Below, in pieces: positions 18,796-29,330 of a stretch of 64,000 nucleotides of DNA. Position 1 is the first letter of the stretch. Each line of letters starts with the position of its first letter. The translations under genes were made by a program, and so were the position numbers. This DNA is from Phycisphaerae bacterium (GTDB lineage Bacteria; Planctomycetota; Phycisphaerae; UBA1845; Fen-1342): assembly GCA_963675745.2 (NCBI GenBank), contig CAXXWX010000001.1:64001-128000 (forward strand), in the 5' to 3' direction. The notes under the pieces are model-generated. The model saw nothing but the letters and a program-made list of their open reading frames with translations. It was not told where the DNA came from and did not search any database.

Positions 18796-20652
18796 TTAAT
18801 CAACCCGCGTCGCCGCCGGGGGTTTTACGCTCAGTTGGACGAGTTCGGCCTGTGGCGTGCCCGGCAGCGCGTGGCTGGCCGGCGCCCCCTCCGCGCTGCG
18901 CATCGGGATGGGACTGGCCGGCACCTTGCTCTTCCGGCGGATGTCGCCGCGCATCAGGCGAATGGCCCAGCCGAATGTGCGCCGGATCGTCTGCACAGTG
19001 CCAAGCATGCCAAACAACTGCGTAAGGGCGTCGGCGAGATAGAGCTTGCTCTTGGGGCGCACCAGCGCGTACAAAAAACGCGCCGGGTTATAGAAGTACA
19101 GGTACGCCACCATGATGTTTATCTGCTTCTTCCAGGGCTGCTTGTGCTCCGAGGCGACAACGTAATTCGCGTCCATCATGTGCGGCTCCACCGGCCGACC
19201 GGCGACGCTCTCATATGCCAGACCCGTCGTAAACGCCTCGGCATACAGCTTGGAACCGGTCGCTGGCGTGATCATCAGGACTTGCAGGCTGATCGCGCCG
19301 GCTTTCCGCAACAGACGAGCCTGGTTGAGCAATCCGTAGGGTCTCGGTCCGCGTGACACCAGCGGTTGGGTGTCGTGGTGCATCATCATCGGCATCGGGC
19401 AGATGCCATGCCGCCGAAGCAGGCCAAACGCCTCCGTCGTCTTGTCGACGCTCTGCCCTTTCTTGACCAATGTGGCCGTCATGTCCTCCACGCCGATCCA
19501 GAGCGCGCGAATGCCCGCGTTCCGCGCAAGCGGCAGGTGCTCTTGCAGCTTCAAGGCGTCGTGGACGGTGACCTCGGTGCCCCAGCGGATTTGCTTGCGG
19601 ATCGGCGCGCCGTCGATCTCCGTGCGGGCCAGCGTTTCCAGAATGTCCAGCGTGCGCTCTTCGTCGTTAAAGAAATTGTCGTCGGCCCCGAAGAAATAGC
19701 GCAGGCCGTACTCGCGTCCGAGCCTGGCCACCTCCGTGGCGATGCGCTGGCCGCTCTTCACGCGGTGTTGCCGCTGGTTGTACGCCGGTATCGGACAATA
19801 GGGGCAGGCGAACTTGCACCCGAACGTGAGGACCAGTGAGGAGATCGGGCTGTACCTGCGAACCCGGTTTGCCGGAACAGCCAGCGAGGCCAGGGTCGCC
19901 TTTCGGCTCGGGGGCTCCAGCAACTGGTAGCCCAGCACTGGATGCGGTAGCTCGTCGAGGTCGCCAACCAGGCGCTGGATGCCGGTGTCCACCAGCTCTT
20001 CCGCCGCGCCGTCGCGATCGGTCCGTGCATAGACCAGACCGGGAATGTCATCGAGCATGCCGCTGTTACGAGCCCGCACGAAGGTTGATCGCAGCGATTC
20101 GTCGTTTGCCCGGATCGCGAGCAGAACCTCCAGGAGGCTCAGCAGAACGAACTCTTCGCCGGTCACCGCGACATCCGCCCCCCACGGGTCGAGCGGATTG
20201 CCGCTGAAGACATCCCACGGCTCGTATATCGTCTTTGGCCCGCCGGCGATGATCAGCGGGCGGTGGGCCGGATCGATCCGGCAGGCGTCGCGGATCAGGG
20301 CCTCGCACTGGGCCGAGTGGATCTGCATACTCGAGACCATGAATATGTCCGGCGTGCGCCCGTCCAGGCGCATCTGCGCGGGGCGGAAGTTCCGGTTCCA
20401 CTGCTGCAAGACAATGCGGGTCTTGTCAAACCCGCAGTCGAGCATGGCCGATCCTATGGCGCGCACACCGGCCGGCGCCATGCGCGTGTCCGCATAGACA
20501 AAGGGCAGCATCCGCGTGCGATGGTCGAACGCGCAGGCGATCACCGTGGTGAGATCATGCCGGCGGGAGATGTTCCGCAGGCGTTGACGCAGGCCCAGCA
20601 ACTCGCCCGGCCTCAGCAGTTCGTCGCCCCGTGTACGACGAGGAAGTTCCAT
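18796..20652 (-). CDS. B12-binding-domain-type radical SAM protein
   Basis: CKFACPYC (CX3CX2C); IIAGGP, AVTGEE, FGADDNF, IGVE motifs. Confidence 0.85.
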   Translation of the reverse strand: MELPRRTRGDELLRPGELLGLRQRLRNISRRHDLTTVIACAFDHRTRMLPFVYADTRMAPAGVRAIGSAMLDCGFDKTRIVLQQWNRNFRPAQMRLDGRTPDIFMVSSMQIHSAQCEALIRDACRIDPAHRPLIIAGGPKTIYEPWDVFSGNPLDPWGADVAVTGEEFVLLSLLEVLLAIRANDESLRSTFVRARNSGMLDDIPGLVYARTDRDGAAEELVDTGIQRLVGDLDELPHPVLGYQLLEPPSRKATLASLAVPANRVRRYSPISSLVLTFGCKFACPYCPIPAYNQRQHRVKSGQRIATEVARLGREYGLRYFFGADDNFFNDEERTLDILETLARTEIDGAPIRKQIRWGTEVTVHDALKLQEHLPLARNAGIRALWIGVEDMTATLVKKGQSVDKTTEAFGLLRRHGICPMPMMMHHDTQPLVSRGPRPYGLLNQARLLRKAGAISLQVLMITPATGSKLYAEAFTTGLAYESVAGRPVEPHMMDANYVVASEHKQPWKKQINIMVAYLYFYNPARFLYALVRPKSKLYLADALTQLFGMLGTVQTIRRTFGWAIRLMRGDIRRKSKVPASPIPMRSAEGAPASHALPGTPQAELVQLSVKPPAATRVD

Positions 20653-21017
20653 GGTCCAATCGCTCCAATAGAGACGAGTCACCGGGAAGTCTACCGCAAA
20701 CCGGTAAACGATGCGTCAGCGCCCGGCCCCGGAATCCGTGGGGCGCCGACGACAGAGGGCCCGCCGGCCCGCGACGGTGCCGCCCCACCTGCAACGATCA
20801 TAGTCGCGCCCCGAGATTTGGTGACGTTACCGGCGACGATTCCAACAGCGCGCTCCGCAAGTTGTGGCCCACTGTGCCGACCCGGGCGTGAAGGGCGGCA
20901 ACTGTGCGGATACAATGTTCACTCACCACCGATCGACGCGGACGGGGTTTCGACGTTGCGGGTTCCGCACACCCGTTGCTGCCGCGGGAATACGGTGGCG
21001 CCAACACGGGCAATTCC

Positions 21018-22031
21018 ATGATCGACGCAGCGCTTCCAGCCGGCTTGACCAGCCGCCCGGCTACGCTTGACGATGTCGAGCGCGCCGCTGCCCTGGCCAA
21101 TTACACGGCGCGCGAGTTCACGGGCGCTGACAAGACCACGGCTGAGGATTTGCGCGTCGAATGGACCTCGCCTGCGCTGACGTTGGCCACAGACACTCGG
21201 TTGGTGTGCAACAGTTCGGGCGATGCGGTGGCATTCGAGGAGGTCTACTGTCGGCCGCCGTACGTGATGCAACGCGCGTGGGGCGCGGTTCACCCGGAAT
21301 ATCGCGGGCGCGGCATCGGGACGGCCTTGCTGCAATGGGCGGAGCAACGCGCTCGCCAGCATGTCCCCAGTGCCACACCGGGAGCGCGTGTGGTGCTGAA
21401 TGTCGGCGTTAACGCCGACGATAACCCTGGTCAGGAGCTGCTTGCCGACAATGGTCACACGGTCGCCCGGCACTTTCTGCGAATGACGATCGACCTCGAC
21501 GCCCCCCCACCGCCGCCACTCTGGCCGCCGGACATTTCCGTGCGCACATTTGTCTTGGGTGTGGACGACCGCGCTGCGCTCAAGTGTACCGATGACGCGT
21601 TCCGTGACCACTGGGGCTGGGTCGAGAGCGACTTCGACGAACACTTGCGTGAGTTTCAACACTGGCTCACAACCCGCCCCGATTTTGACGAGTCGCTGTT
21701 CTGGCTCGCCGAACACGCGGGCAAGATCGTCGGCGCGTGTTTCGCCTGGCCCACGCATGAAGGCGATTCAGACCTTGCCTACATCGCCGTGCTCTGCGTG
21801 CTGCGCTCATACCGGCGGCGCGGAATCGCCCGGGCACTGCTGCTGCACGCTTTCGGCGAGTTCCACCGACGCGGCAAGCCACGCGTCTGCCTCGGCGTCG
21901 ACGCGGCCAGCCTGACCGGTGCCACAACGCTGTACGAAGCGGTGGGCATGCGGACAACTCGCCGCTTTATGCTCTATGAGAAGGAGCTGCGTCCGGGGAC
22001 GCGCACCACAACCGACTCGCTGGACGATTGA
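21018..22031 (+). CDS. Tandem GNAT N-acetyltransferase (MshD-like architecture)
   Basis: Two acetyl-CoA motifs VHPEYRGRGIGTALL and YRRRGIARALL; LGVDA...A..LYE.VGM. Confidence 0.9.
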   Translation: MIDAALPAGLTSRPATLDDVERAAALANYTAREFTGADKTTAEDLRVEWTSPALTLATDTRLVCNSSGDAVAFEEVYCRPPYVMQRAWGAVHPEYRGRGIGTALLQWAEQRARQHVPSATPGARVVLNVGVNADDNPGQELLADNGHTVARHFLRMTIDLDAPPPPPLWPPDISVRTFVLGVDDRAALKCTDDAFRDHWGWVESDFDEHLREFQHWLTTRPDFDESLFWLAEHAGKIVGACFAWPTHEGDSDLAYIAVLCVLRSYRRRGIARALLLHAFGEFHRRGKPRVCLGVDAASLTGATTLYEAVGMRTTRRFMLYEKELRPGTRTTTDSLDD

Positions 22032-22092
22032 CGCGGCATCGCGGTGGCGGCTGCGAGAACGGAGTCGAACCGCCACGCCCGCGGCCGAGACG

Positions 22093-23841
22093 CTACTCAC
22101 TGCATGGAGTACGCTGCGGTACCGGCGTCGCCTCTTCGTAGGCACCCGGCTCCACCGCCGCATGCTCCGGCGAGAGCGGGCGCGGTGTCGGCTTGGACGC
22201 ATGGACCAGACCGTAGGTCATCATCCCGCCGGACAGATTGTGCGGCGTCAGGCCACGATGCCTCAGTATGCGTGTCGCGTAGTAGGCACGCTGCCCAACG
22301 GCGCAGTACACAGCCACCGGTTTGCCAGACGGAATCTCCTCCCAGCGATTGCGCAATTCTCCGAGAGGAATGTTCACTGCGCCGGGAATGTGTCCGGCGG
22401 CGAACTCGGTCGGCTCGCGAACATCGATAATCGTCCAGCGCTGCGGCGCGTCCTCGGCAAAGTCTTCCGCGTACGCCAGGCATTCATCCTCACGCAGCAC
22501 GTTGTTCGCCACGTAACCCGCGATGTTCACGGGGTCTTTCGCCGCCCCATACTGCGGGGCATACGCCAACTCCAACTCCTCGAGATCGGCCACCGTCATG
22601 CCGGCCTTCAGCGCGGTGGCCAGGACATCGATGCGTTTGTCCACACCTTCGCCGCCGACAATCTGCCCGCCGAGAATCCGGCCGTTGTCCGGCGCGAAGA
22701 GCAGCTTGATCATCATCAACTGTGCGCCCGGGAAATAACCGACGTGCTGGCCGCGATGTACATAGACTTTCGAATAGGGAATCTCGCGGCGGGTCAGCGT
22801 CTTTTCCGAGGCACCGGCTGCGGCGCAGGTCAGATCGAACACGCGCAAGACGCTCGTACCAAGCGCGCCGGCATATCGAACATCGCGGCCGAACATATTG
22901 TCCGCGGCTATGCGCCCCTGACGGTTGGCGGGGCCGGCCAGCGGGATGTACGCCGGGCCGTCGAGCACCGCATCGCGAATCTGGACAGCATCACCAACGG
23001 CGTAGATGTTGGGATCATCAGTGCGCATGCGATCGTCGACAAGCACGGCGCCGCGCTCCGATACGCCCAGGCCCGCGTCACGGGCCAGCGCCGACTCGGG
23101 CCGCACGCCGACTGCCAGCACGACAACATCGGCCTCGAGCGTCGCGCCGCTCTGAAGTGTGGCGCGCACGCGATGCTCACAATCCTCGAAGGCCGTCACA
23201 CCATCTTCGAGATAGAGCTGCACGCCGTGCTTTTCGAGCTCCATGTGCAGGCAGGCGGCGACCTCGGTATCCAGTGGTGGCATGACTTGCGGCAGCAGTT
23301 CGACCAGGGCCACGTCTAGGCCACGGCGTCTGAGGTTCTCGGCCATTTCAACGCCGATGAATCCCCCGCCGACAACCACCGCGGTGCGCGCCCCGGCATC
23401 AACCGCGCGCTTGACCTTGTCCATATCCTGCATGTTGCGCAGCGTGTAGATCGACGCATGATCAACACCCGGAATGGGCGGGACCAGCGGTGCCGCGCCT
23501 GGTGACAGCAACAGCTTGTCATAGCTCTCGGTGTATTCGCGCCCGGACTCCAGATCGCGGGCGTGTACGCATCGGTTGGCGCGGTCAATCCGTGTCACTT
23601 CAGTTCGCGTGCGAATGTCCAGCACGAAGCGGCGTTGCAGAGCCTCCTTGGTCTGCACCAGCAGCGCGTGACGCCGCGCAATCTCGCCACCGATGTGATA
23701 AGGCAATCCGCAATTCGCGAACGACACATCGTTGCCGCGTTCGAACATGACGATTTCGGCGGTTTCATCCAGCCGGCGCGCGCGCACGGCCGCAGTGGCG
23801 CCACCGGCGACGCCACCAACGATTACAAGTTTGCTGCCCAT
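22093..23841 (-). CDS. CoA-disulfide/persulfide reductase with C-terminal rhodanese domain (CoADR-RHD / Npsr-like)
   Basis: GGVAGG, SFANCGLPY, GGGFIGVE, YAPQY, rhodanese DVRE...GHIPGA...YCAVGQR. Confidence 0.92.
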   Translation of the reverse strand: MGSKLVIVGGVAGGATAAVRARRLDETAEIVMFERGNDVSFANCGLPYHIGGEIARRHALLVQTKEALQRRFVLDIRTRTEVTRIDRANRCVHARDLESGREYTESYDKLLLSPGAAPLVPPIPGVDHASIYTLRNMQDMDKVKRAVDAGARTAVVVGGGFIGVEMAENLRRRGLDVALVELLPQVMPPLDTEVAACLHMELEKHGVQLYLEDGVTAFEDCEHRVRATLQSGATLEADVVVLAVGVRPESALARDAGLGVSERGAVLVDDRMRTDDPNIYAVGDAVQIRDAVLDGPAYIPLAGPANRQGRIAADNMFGRDVRYAGALGTSVLRVFDLTCAAAGASEKTLTRREIPYSKVYVHRGQHVGYFPGAQLMMIKLLFAPDNGRILGGQIVGGEGVDKRIDVLATALKAGMTVADLEELELAYAPQYGAAKDPVNIAGYVANNVLREDECLAYAEDFAEDAPQRWTIIDVREPTEFAAGHIPGAVNIPLGELRNRWEEIPSGKPVAVYCAVGQRAYYATRILRHRGLTPHNLSGGMMTYGLVHASKPTPRPLSPEHAAVEPGAYEEATPVPQRTPCSE

Positions 23842-24055
23842 TCGTGTCTCCAGCCGCTGCCTCTCGGGGTAAAGGGTAAGCGTGTCCCCTCGGCCAAGGA
23901 TGGCCATTGAAGAGATATTAGTCCACATTCCGGCCGCGGGCCAGTAATCTTGCCTATCGAGTGTCCGAAACCCCCGCCGCCTGATGTATGACGTAGATAT
24001 CGGACGCTGGACTCGCTGGCCCTATAGGTACCGCATATAGCGGACTTGAATTCGC

Positions 24056-24104
24056 TGTTGATATTATATTTGACATTATTCAGTTGGATATCAACAATAT
24101 TAAC
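24056..24104 (+). promoter_or_regulatory. AT-rich promoter with flanking inverted repeat (probable operator)
   Basis: TTGACA 24070-24075, 17-bp spacer, AACAAT 24093-24098; tgttgatat (24056-24064) / atatcaaca (24088-24096). Confidence 0.7.
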
Positions 24105-24434
24105 ATGACCACTCCACACGGCGATACATTGTGGGTCGAGCTGCTCAGCGACGAGGATTTGGCGTTCGTCAAGCGTTTCGTGCTCGCGTCCGGGTCGCTG
24201 AAGAAAATCGCCGGCGAGTACGGCGTCTCCTATCCAACCGTTCGGCTGCGTCTTGATCGACTTATCGCGAAGGTCGAGGTCGCCGACAGCCAATCCACCG
24301 CCAGCGCATTCGAACGCGTTCTGCGGATGCAATACGCCGATGGCAAGATTGACATGAATACCCTTCGGACGTTGCTGGAGGCCCACCAGCGCGAATTGGA
24401 GAACACCCATGAGAGTCACGTTCGCGATCATTAG
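24105..24434 (+). CDS. DUF2089-family HTH protein
   Basis: LSDEDLAFVKRFVLASGSLK.IA..YGVSYPTVRLRLDRLI signature. Confidence 0.85.
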   Translation: MTTPHGDTLWVELLSDEDLAFVKRFVLASGSLKKIAGEYGVSYPTVRLRLDRLIAKVEVADSQSTASAFERVLRMQYADGKIDMNTLRTLLEAHQRELENTHESHVRDH

Positions 24435-25287
24435 CGTGCTGGCAAGCCTCGGCATGTCGGCCCTCGCCGACCAGCAGACCATCGCCGAGCGCGGGTGGGC
24501 TGAGCTGGCGTCCGGCGATCAGTCGCTGGGCGGTGAGGTACTGCCACCGAACGCCGGCGCCGAGTTTGAGCACTTGAAAGTCGTCAACTCCGCCCAGGCC
24601 GGCCAGAGCATCCACTTGCTGACGATCGATCAGCCCGCAATCACGACCGCGCAGTACGCGATCGTCGGACAGGTGCGTTGCGAAGATGTGGCTGGGAAGG
24701 CGTATCTGGAAATGCTCAGCCGTTTCCCGGATGGCGGCGAGTACTTCACGCGCAACATCAGCAGCCGCGGGCTTCAACGCGCTCTCAGCGGCTCATCGGA
24801 CTGGCGTGAATTCCGCCTGCCCTTCCGATTAGGCCGCCAGACGCAGCCGCCAACGCGTATCACCGTCAATGTGGTGTTTCGCGGCGGTGGTACTGTGTAT
24901 CTCAGCCCGCTGCGGCTGGTCCAATACGACAACGCCGCCGAAATGCTCGAGCCGACCGGCGCCTGGTGGTCCGAGCGCCGGGCCGGCCTGGTCGGCGGTC
25001 TCGCGGGTGCGTTCATGGGACTATGCGGTGCGGTAATCGGGACGCTCGGCGGTATGGGACGCGGTAAGAGCATCGCAGCGGCGCTCTGCGTCCTACTCTT
25101 TGTCGTGGGTCTGGCTTCGCTGGTCACCGGCGTTGTGGCCCTGGCGCTCTCACAGCCATATGCGGTCTGGTATCCGCTGCTCTTGATCGGGTCGCTCGGG
25201 GCCATCCTGCCGCCGGCAATCTGGCCGGGCATGCGCCGGCGTTATCAACAGGCCGAACTCCGGCGAATGCAGGCGCTGGATGCATAA
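24409..25287 (+). CDS. Membrane protein: signal peptide, jelly-roll-like extracytoplasmic domain, 3 C-terminal TM helices
   Basis: GSSDWREF.LPF...G.GTVYL beta-sandwich pattern; hydrophobic C-terminus; overlaps the DUF2089 gene. Confidence 0.7.
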   Translation: MRVTFAIISVLASLGMSALADQQTIAERGWAELASGDQSLGGEVLPPNAGAEFEHLKVVNSAQAGQSIHLLTIDQPAITTAQYAIVGQVRCEDVAGKAYLEMLSRFPDGGEYFTRNISSRGLQRALSGSSDWREFRLPFRLGRQTQPPTRITVNVVFRGGGTVYLSPLRLVQYDNAAEMLEPTGAWWSERRAGLVGGLAGAFMGLCGAVIGTLGGMGRGKSIAAALCVLLFVVGLASLVTGVVALALSQPYAVWYPLLLIGSLGAILPPAIWPGMRRRYQQAELRRMQALDA

Positions 25288-25463
25288 AGCGCGTTAGACG
25301 GACCTGTAGTCAGCAGGTGCGGCAAGCCGCCCTACGCCTACCGGATGAGTCGTTCGCGGCGATAGGCAATGTAACGGCCGGCGCCCCGCCGGCCGGGGGC
25401 TATTGGATGTTCGCACCGGGCAATGATGTCGGGCGTGCGGATACGCATGCCTGAATGAGCGGC

Positions 25464-26594
25464 TCAGCCGGCCTTCGCGGGAGGGGCGTAGCGCGCTGCT
25501 TTGGCGCCAACCTCCGCGATGAGCTGGTTAAACGAGTCGGCGAATTTGCTGATGCCCTCGTCCAGCAATTGATCCGTAACCGCCCCCATGTCAATCCCGG
25601 CGAATTCGCCCAGTCGGCGCATCGTCTCAAAGGCCTGCGCCGCATCTTGCTCGATCGTCTGGGCGGCGACGCCGTGGTCGCGGATCGCGTCAAGCGTGTT
25701 GGGTGGCACGGTGTTGACCGTGTTCACCCCGATAAGCGGATCGACATACATGGTGTCGGGGTAGACCGGGTTTTTGGAGCTCGTGCTGGCCCAGAGCGGG
25801 CGTTGCGGACGCGCCCCGTCGGCGCGTAGGCCTATGAACCGATCCCCCTCAAAGATCTCTTTGTACTTCAAATACGCGATCTTGCCGTTGGCGACGGCGG
25901 CCATACCCAGCAGTTCCTCCAGGTAGTCCTTGCCCTCCGAGATCTTCTCGCCGAGCAGTTTGTCAACCAACGTGTCAACACGGCTGACAAAGAACGACGC
26001 CACCGAGCTAACGGACGCGAGCGGCCGGCCCGTCTCCGCGAATCGGCGCAGACCCTCAATGTACGCGTTGGCGACACGCTCATACATCGCCACCGAGAAA
26101 ATCAACGTCACGTTAACATTGATGCCTTCACCAATCAGCGTCAGTACGGCCGGCAGACCCGCATCGGTCGCCGGGACTTTGATCATGACGTTGGGCCGGT
26201 GCAGCACGTGAAACAGCCGCCGGGCCTCCTCGACGGTTCCGGCGGTATCGTGGGCCAGCTCGGGCCGCACTTCGAGGCTCACGTAGCCGTCGCGTCCGTG
26301 AGTTTCGTTATAGACCGGGCGCAACACGTCGGCAGCGTCGGCGATGTCCTGCAAGGCGAGCGCTTCATAGATCTGTCCCGCGCCTTTGCCCACTTTGGCC
26401 AATTCGCGAATCTGCGCGTCGTATAATTCGCCTTCCGCAATCGCCTTTTGGAATATCGTGGGATTGGAGGTAACGCCGGCGATGCCCTCTTCGACGAGAT
26501 CGGCCAATTCTCCGCTTTGCAATAGTTCCCGACTGATGAAGTCCAGCCAGATTGCCTGGCCGAGCGCCCAAATCTGCTCAATACGGTTGGTCAT
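25464..26594 (-). CDS. tal: Transaldolase
   Basis: GVTSNPTIF, VSLEV, NVMIKVPAT, NVNVTLIFS, SVASFFVSRVD, PLWAST. Confidence 0.97.
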   Translation of the reverse strand: MTNRIEQIWALGQAIWLDFISRELLQSGELADLVEEGIAGVTSNPTIFQKAIAEGELYDAQIRELAKVGKGAGQIYEALALQDIADAADVLRPVYNETHGRDGYVSLEVRPELAHDTAGTVEEARRLFHVLHRPNVMIKVPATDAGLPAVLTLIGEGINVNVTLIFSVAMYERVANAYIEGLRRFAETGRPLASVSSVASFFVSRVDTLVDKLLGEKISEGKDYLEELLGMAAVANGKIAYLKYKEIFEGDRFIGLRADGARPQRPLWASTSSKNPVYPDTMYVDPLIGVNTVNTVPPNTLDAIRDHGVAAQTIEQDAAQAFETMRRLGEFAGIDMGAVTDQLLDEGISKFADSFNQLIAEVGAKAARYAPPAKAG

Positions 26595-26898
26595 ATCGCC
26601 ATGTATCCCAGCACCGCCGCAGCGGCGTCAGACGGTTCACCCATTGAACATCTCATCGCGACGCCACACCGTTGCGCACGGTCATTGCGCGGCACCGCGA
26701 TCCCTAGGCCCGCATTGTAGTGACACGCAAACGGTGCGTGCAACCGCGCAGCGGGCGGCCGATCGCTCGTTACACGTGCGGCCGCCGTCGCGTACAATCA
26801 TGCCTGGAGGCAAACGGCACACAGCCGGCGTACACCGGAACCGCAAGCCGGGCTCCGCGAGGCGCGCTCGTGCGCGCAGGAGCCCTGCGAGAGGCGCT

Positions 26899-27729
26899 GT
26901 GAAGGCACCAGAATCACCCGAAGACGCGCGGAACGGCACGCTCCATGAGCGCCTCGGCGCCCTGCGCCGCACAACACGCGGGCGCGCGGCAAACCAACGC
27001 CACACAACCAGCGGCCGCGAGCGTCCACCACTAAAGGACATCATCGGCGGGCGTCCGGCGCGCGGCGCCGCCCGGTGCTGGATTATCGAGACGCCCTTTG
27101 AAAGCATCTGCCCCACGCATTCGCTACGCGCCGGCGATTTCGCCGGGCCGCGCATCTATACGCCCCCGCGCGGCGAGCGAATTACCATCGATCTTCCCCA
27201 CGCGTGCCTGCTGGACATTGAAACCGGCGGGTTGGCCGGTACGCCGGTGTTTTTGATCGGAGCCGTGGCTCTGGATCGTTGGCCACCGGTGACAATGCAA
27301 TGGCTGGCGCGCGACTATCCCGAGGAACGCGCGATCCTCCAGCGCTTTGCCACATGGGTGCGCCGACGCCATTGCTGGGTGACCTTCAACGGCAAGAGCT
27401 TTGACGCACCGTTTTTGCACGATCGCTGCGTGGTCAGTAATGTGCGGCTGCCGGCGGCGCGCGCGCATCTCGACCTCCTGCACGCCGCAAGGCGTCATTG
27501 GCGTGAGCGGCTGCCTAATTTCCGCCTGGAAACACTGGAGCAGCAGGTTCTGGATCGGCGGCGGATTGGGGATGTACCGGGGCGTGATGTGCCGGATCTG
27601 TTTCACCACTACTGCAAAACCGGCAACGCCGCTCCGCTGCGTCCGGTGCTGGAGCACAACCAGATTGACCTGATTTCGTGCGTGGAGTTGCTCGTACGCA
27701 TGACGCGGAAGTCCGACAAGGAGACATGA
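26899..27729 (+). CDS. RNase H-like DEDD exonuclease (YprB/MrfB-like); start uncertain
   Basis: LDIETGGL, TFNGKSFD.PF, HLDLL, LEHNQIDL. Confidence 0.85.
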   Translation: MKAPESPEDARNGTLHERLGALRRTTRGRAANQRHTTSGRERPPLKDIIGGRPARGAARCWIIETPFESICPTHSLRAGDFAGPRIYTPPRGERITIDLPHACLLDIETGGLAGTPVFLIGAVALDRWPPVTMQWLARDYPEERAILQRFATWVRRRHCWVTFNGKSFDAPFLHDRCVVSNVRLPAARAHLDLLHAARRHWRERLPNFRLETLEQQVLDRRRIGDVPGRDVPDLFHHYCKTGNAAPLRPVLEHNQIDLISCVELLVRMTRKSDKET

Positions 27730-29273
27730 TGACGCCGCGCAACATCTTGCGCTTGGCCGGCATCGCATTGTTCGCCGCTGGTTTGTACGCCGGTGAACCT
27801 GTTCGGCCAGGCCGTTCGCCCAGCGCCACGCCGGAGTTCTCGCCTGAGCGTTTCATGCAACACGTGAGGTATCTGGCAGACGACGCGCGCGGCGGTCGCG
27901 GGACCGGGTCACCGGGCGTGAAAGCCGCCGGCGACTACATTGCCCAGCGCCTGGCGGAATTCGGCTGCGCGCCGGCCGGCGACGATGGCACGTTCTTCCA
28001 GGAATTCCAGACCATGCCCGCCAACCGGCTCGACGATGAGGCGGCGTTATTCGAGATTGAGGGGGACGAACGCGCCTGGAAACTGCGCGAAGACTGGGTG
28101 CCGATGCCGTTCTCCGCACCCGGTGTCATTCGCGGCCCGGTGGCCTTTGTCGGGTATGGCATTGAGGCGACGAAGTACGGCTACGACGACTATGCCGGAT
28201 TCTCCGCGGCCGGAAAAGTCCTGTTGATGTTGCGCTACGAGCCGCCCGCGGATGAACCCGGCGCTGAGTTCGGAGGCAAGCGGCGATCAAAGCACGCCAA
28301 CTTCTCGAGCAAGGTTGGCGCCGCCGAGCGGCACGGCGCAAAGGCACTTCTGATTGTTGACCCACCCACCACGGCACGGGCGGGTGAGGAGCTTTACCCC
28401 TTTGCGCTGTTCACCAACACAAGCCCGATGGCCCTTCCGATCCTCCATGTTTCGCGCGAACTCGCCGACACGCTGCTCGCGCGCGCCGGCGAACCCGACA
28501 TAAGCGAACTCGAGCGCGAGATAAACGCGGACCGGAAGCCGGCCTCGCGGAACCTGCGGGGAGTGCGCGTTGCCATCGACCAGGGCCTCACCCACGGAAA
28601 GACCCCGGCGCGCAACGTGCTCGGCTTGCTGGCCGGCGCCGGCGACACCGCCGAGACCATCGTCGTCGGCGCGCACTACGACCATCTCGGCTGGCGCGTC
28701 TGCAATCGTCTGGGCGGACAAGCCGTTATCCACAATGGCGCGGATGACAACGCTTCAGGGACGGCGGGCATACTCGAGATCGCGCGCGCCGTCAGCGACG
28801 GCCCGCGACCACGGCGGAACACGCTGTTCATCGCTTTCGGCGCCGAGGAAATCGGCCTGCTTGGCAGCCGACACTTCGTCGGCCATCCGACCATCCCGCT
28901 CGACGACATTCAAGCCATGATCAACCTCGACATGATCGGGCAGTTGTACGGACGCCGGGTGAAGATCCACATGGAGCCGCGCGGCCGCGTCATGAAGCGG
29001 CTGCTACGTGCGGCGTCCACGTCGGCCGGACTGCCGTACAGCCGTCTTTCGGGGATGTGGGGCAGCAGCGACCATGCGCCGTTTCAGAGCGAGGGCATCC
29101 CCGTGATATTCGCGTTCTCAGGGCTGCACGCGCAATATCACCAGCCTGAGGACGACTGGGAATTGATAGACCCGCAAGGCGCCACGAAGATCATCACCAT
29201 GCTGCACGAGGTCACATGGGAGCTTGCGAACCTGGCCGAAGGCCCCCGCCGCGAAACGCCGCTGGGTGAATAA
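27726..29273 (+). CDS. M28 family aminopeptidase with PA domain, secreted
   Basis: VGAHYDHLG, NGADDNASG, AEEIGLLGS, NLDMIG, SDH, YHQPED; ATGA overlap with the upstream stop. Confidence 0.92.
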   Translation: MMTPRNILRLAGIALFAAGLYAGEPVRPGRSPSATPEFSPERFMQHVRYLADDARGGRGTGSPGVKAAGDYIAQRLAEFGCAPAGDDGTFFQEFQTMPANRLDDEAALFEIEGDERAWKLREDWVPMPFSAPGVIRGPVAFVGYGIEATKYGYDDYAGFSAAGKVLLMLRYEPPADEPGAEFGGKRRSKHANFSSKVGAAERHGAKALLIVDPPTTARAGEELYPFALFTNTSPMALPILHVSRELADTLLARAGEPDISELEREINADRKPASRNLRGVRVAIDQGLTHGKTPARNVLGLLAGAGDTAETIVVGAHYDHLGWRVCNRLGGQAVIHNGADDNASGTAGILEIARAVSDGPRPRRNTLFIAFGAEEIGLLGSRHFVGHPTIPLDDIQAMINLDMIGQLYGRRVKIHMEPRGRVMKRLLRAASTSAGLPYSRLSGMWGSSDHAPFQSEGIPVIFAFSGLHAQYHQPEDDWELIDPQGATKIITMLHEVTWELANLAEGPRRETPLGE

Positions 29274-29330
29274 GGCACCTGGCATTTGGGGGAGTGCAGC
29301 GGCCAACGCTCCGCCGGGACGTGAATCTGC

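Noticed and set aside
26805..26890. c-di-GMP-I riboswitch-like words (GGCAAAC...CGCAAGC)
   Set aside because: No GNRA-capped P2 stem or correct spacing
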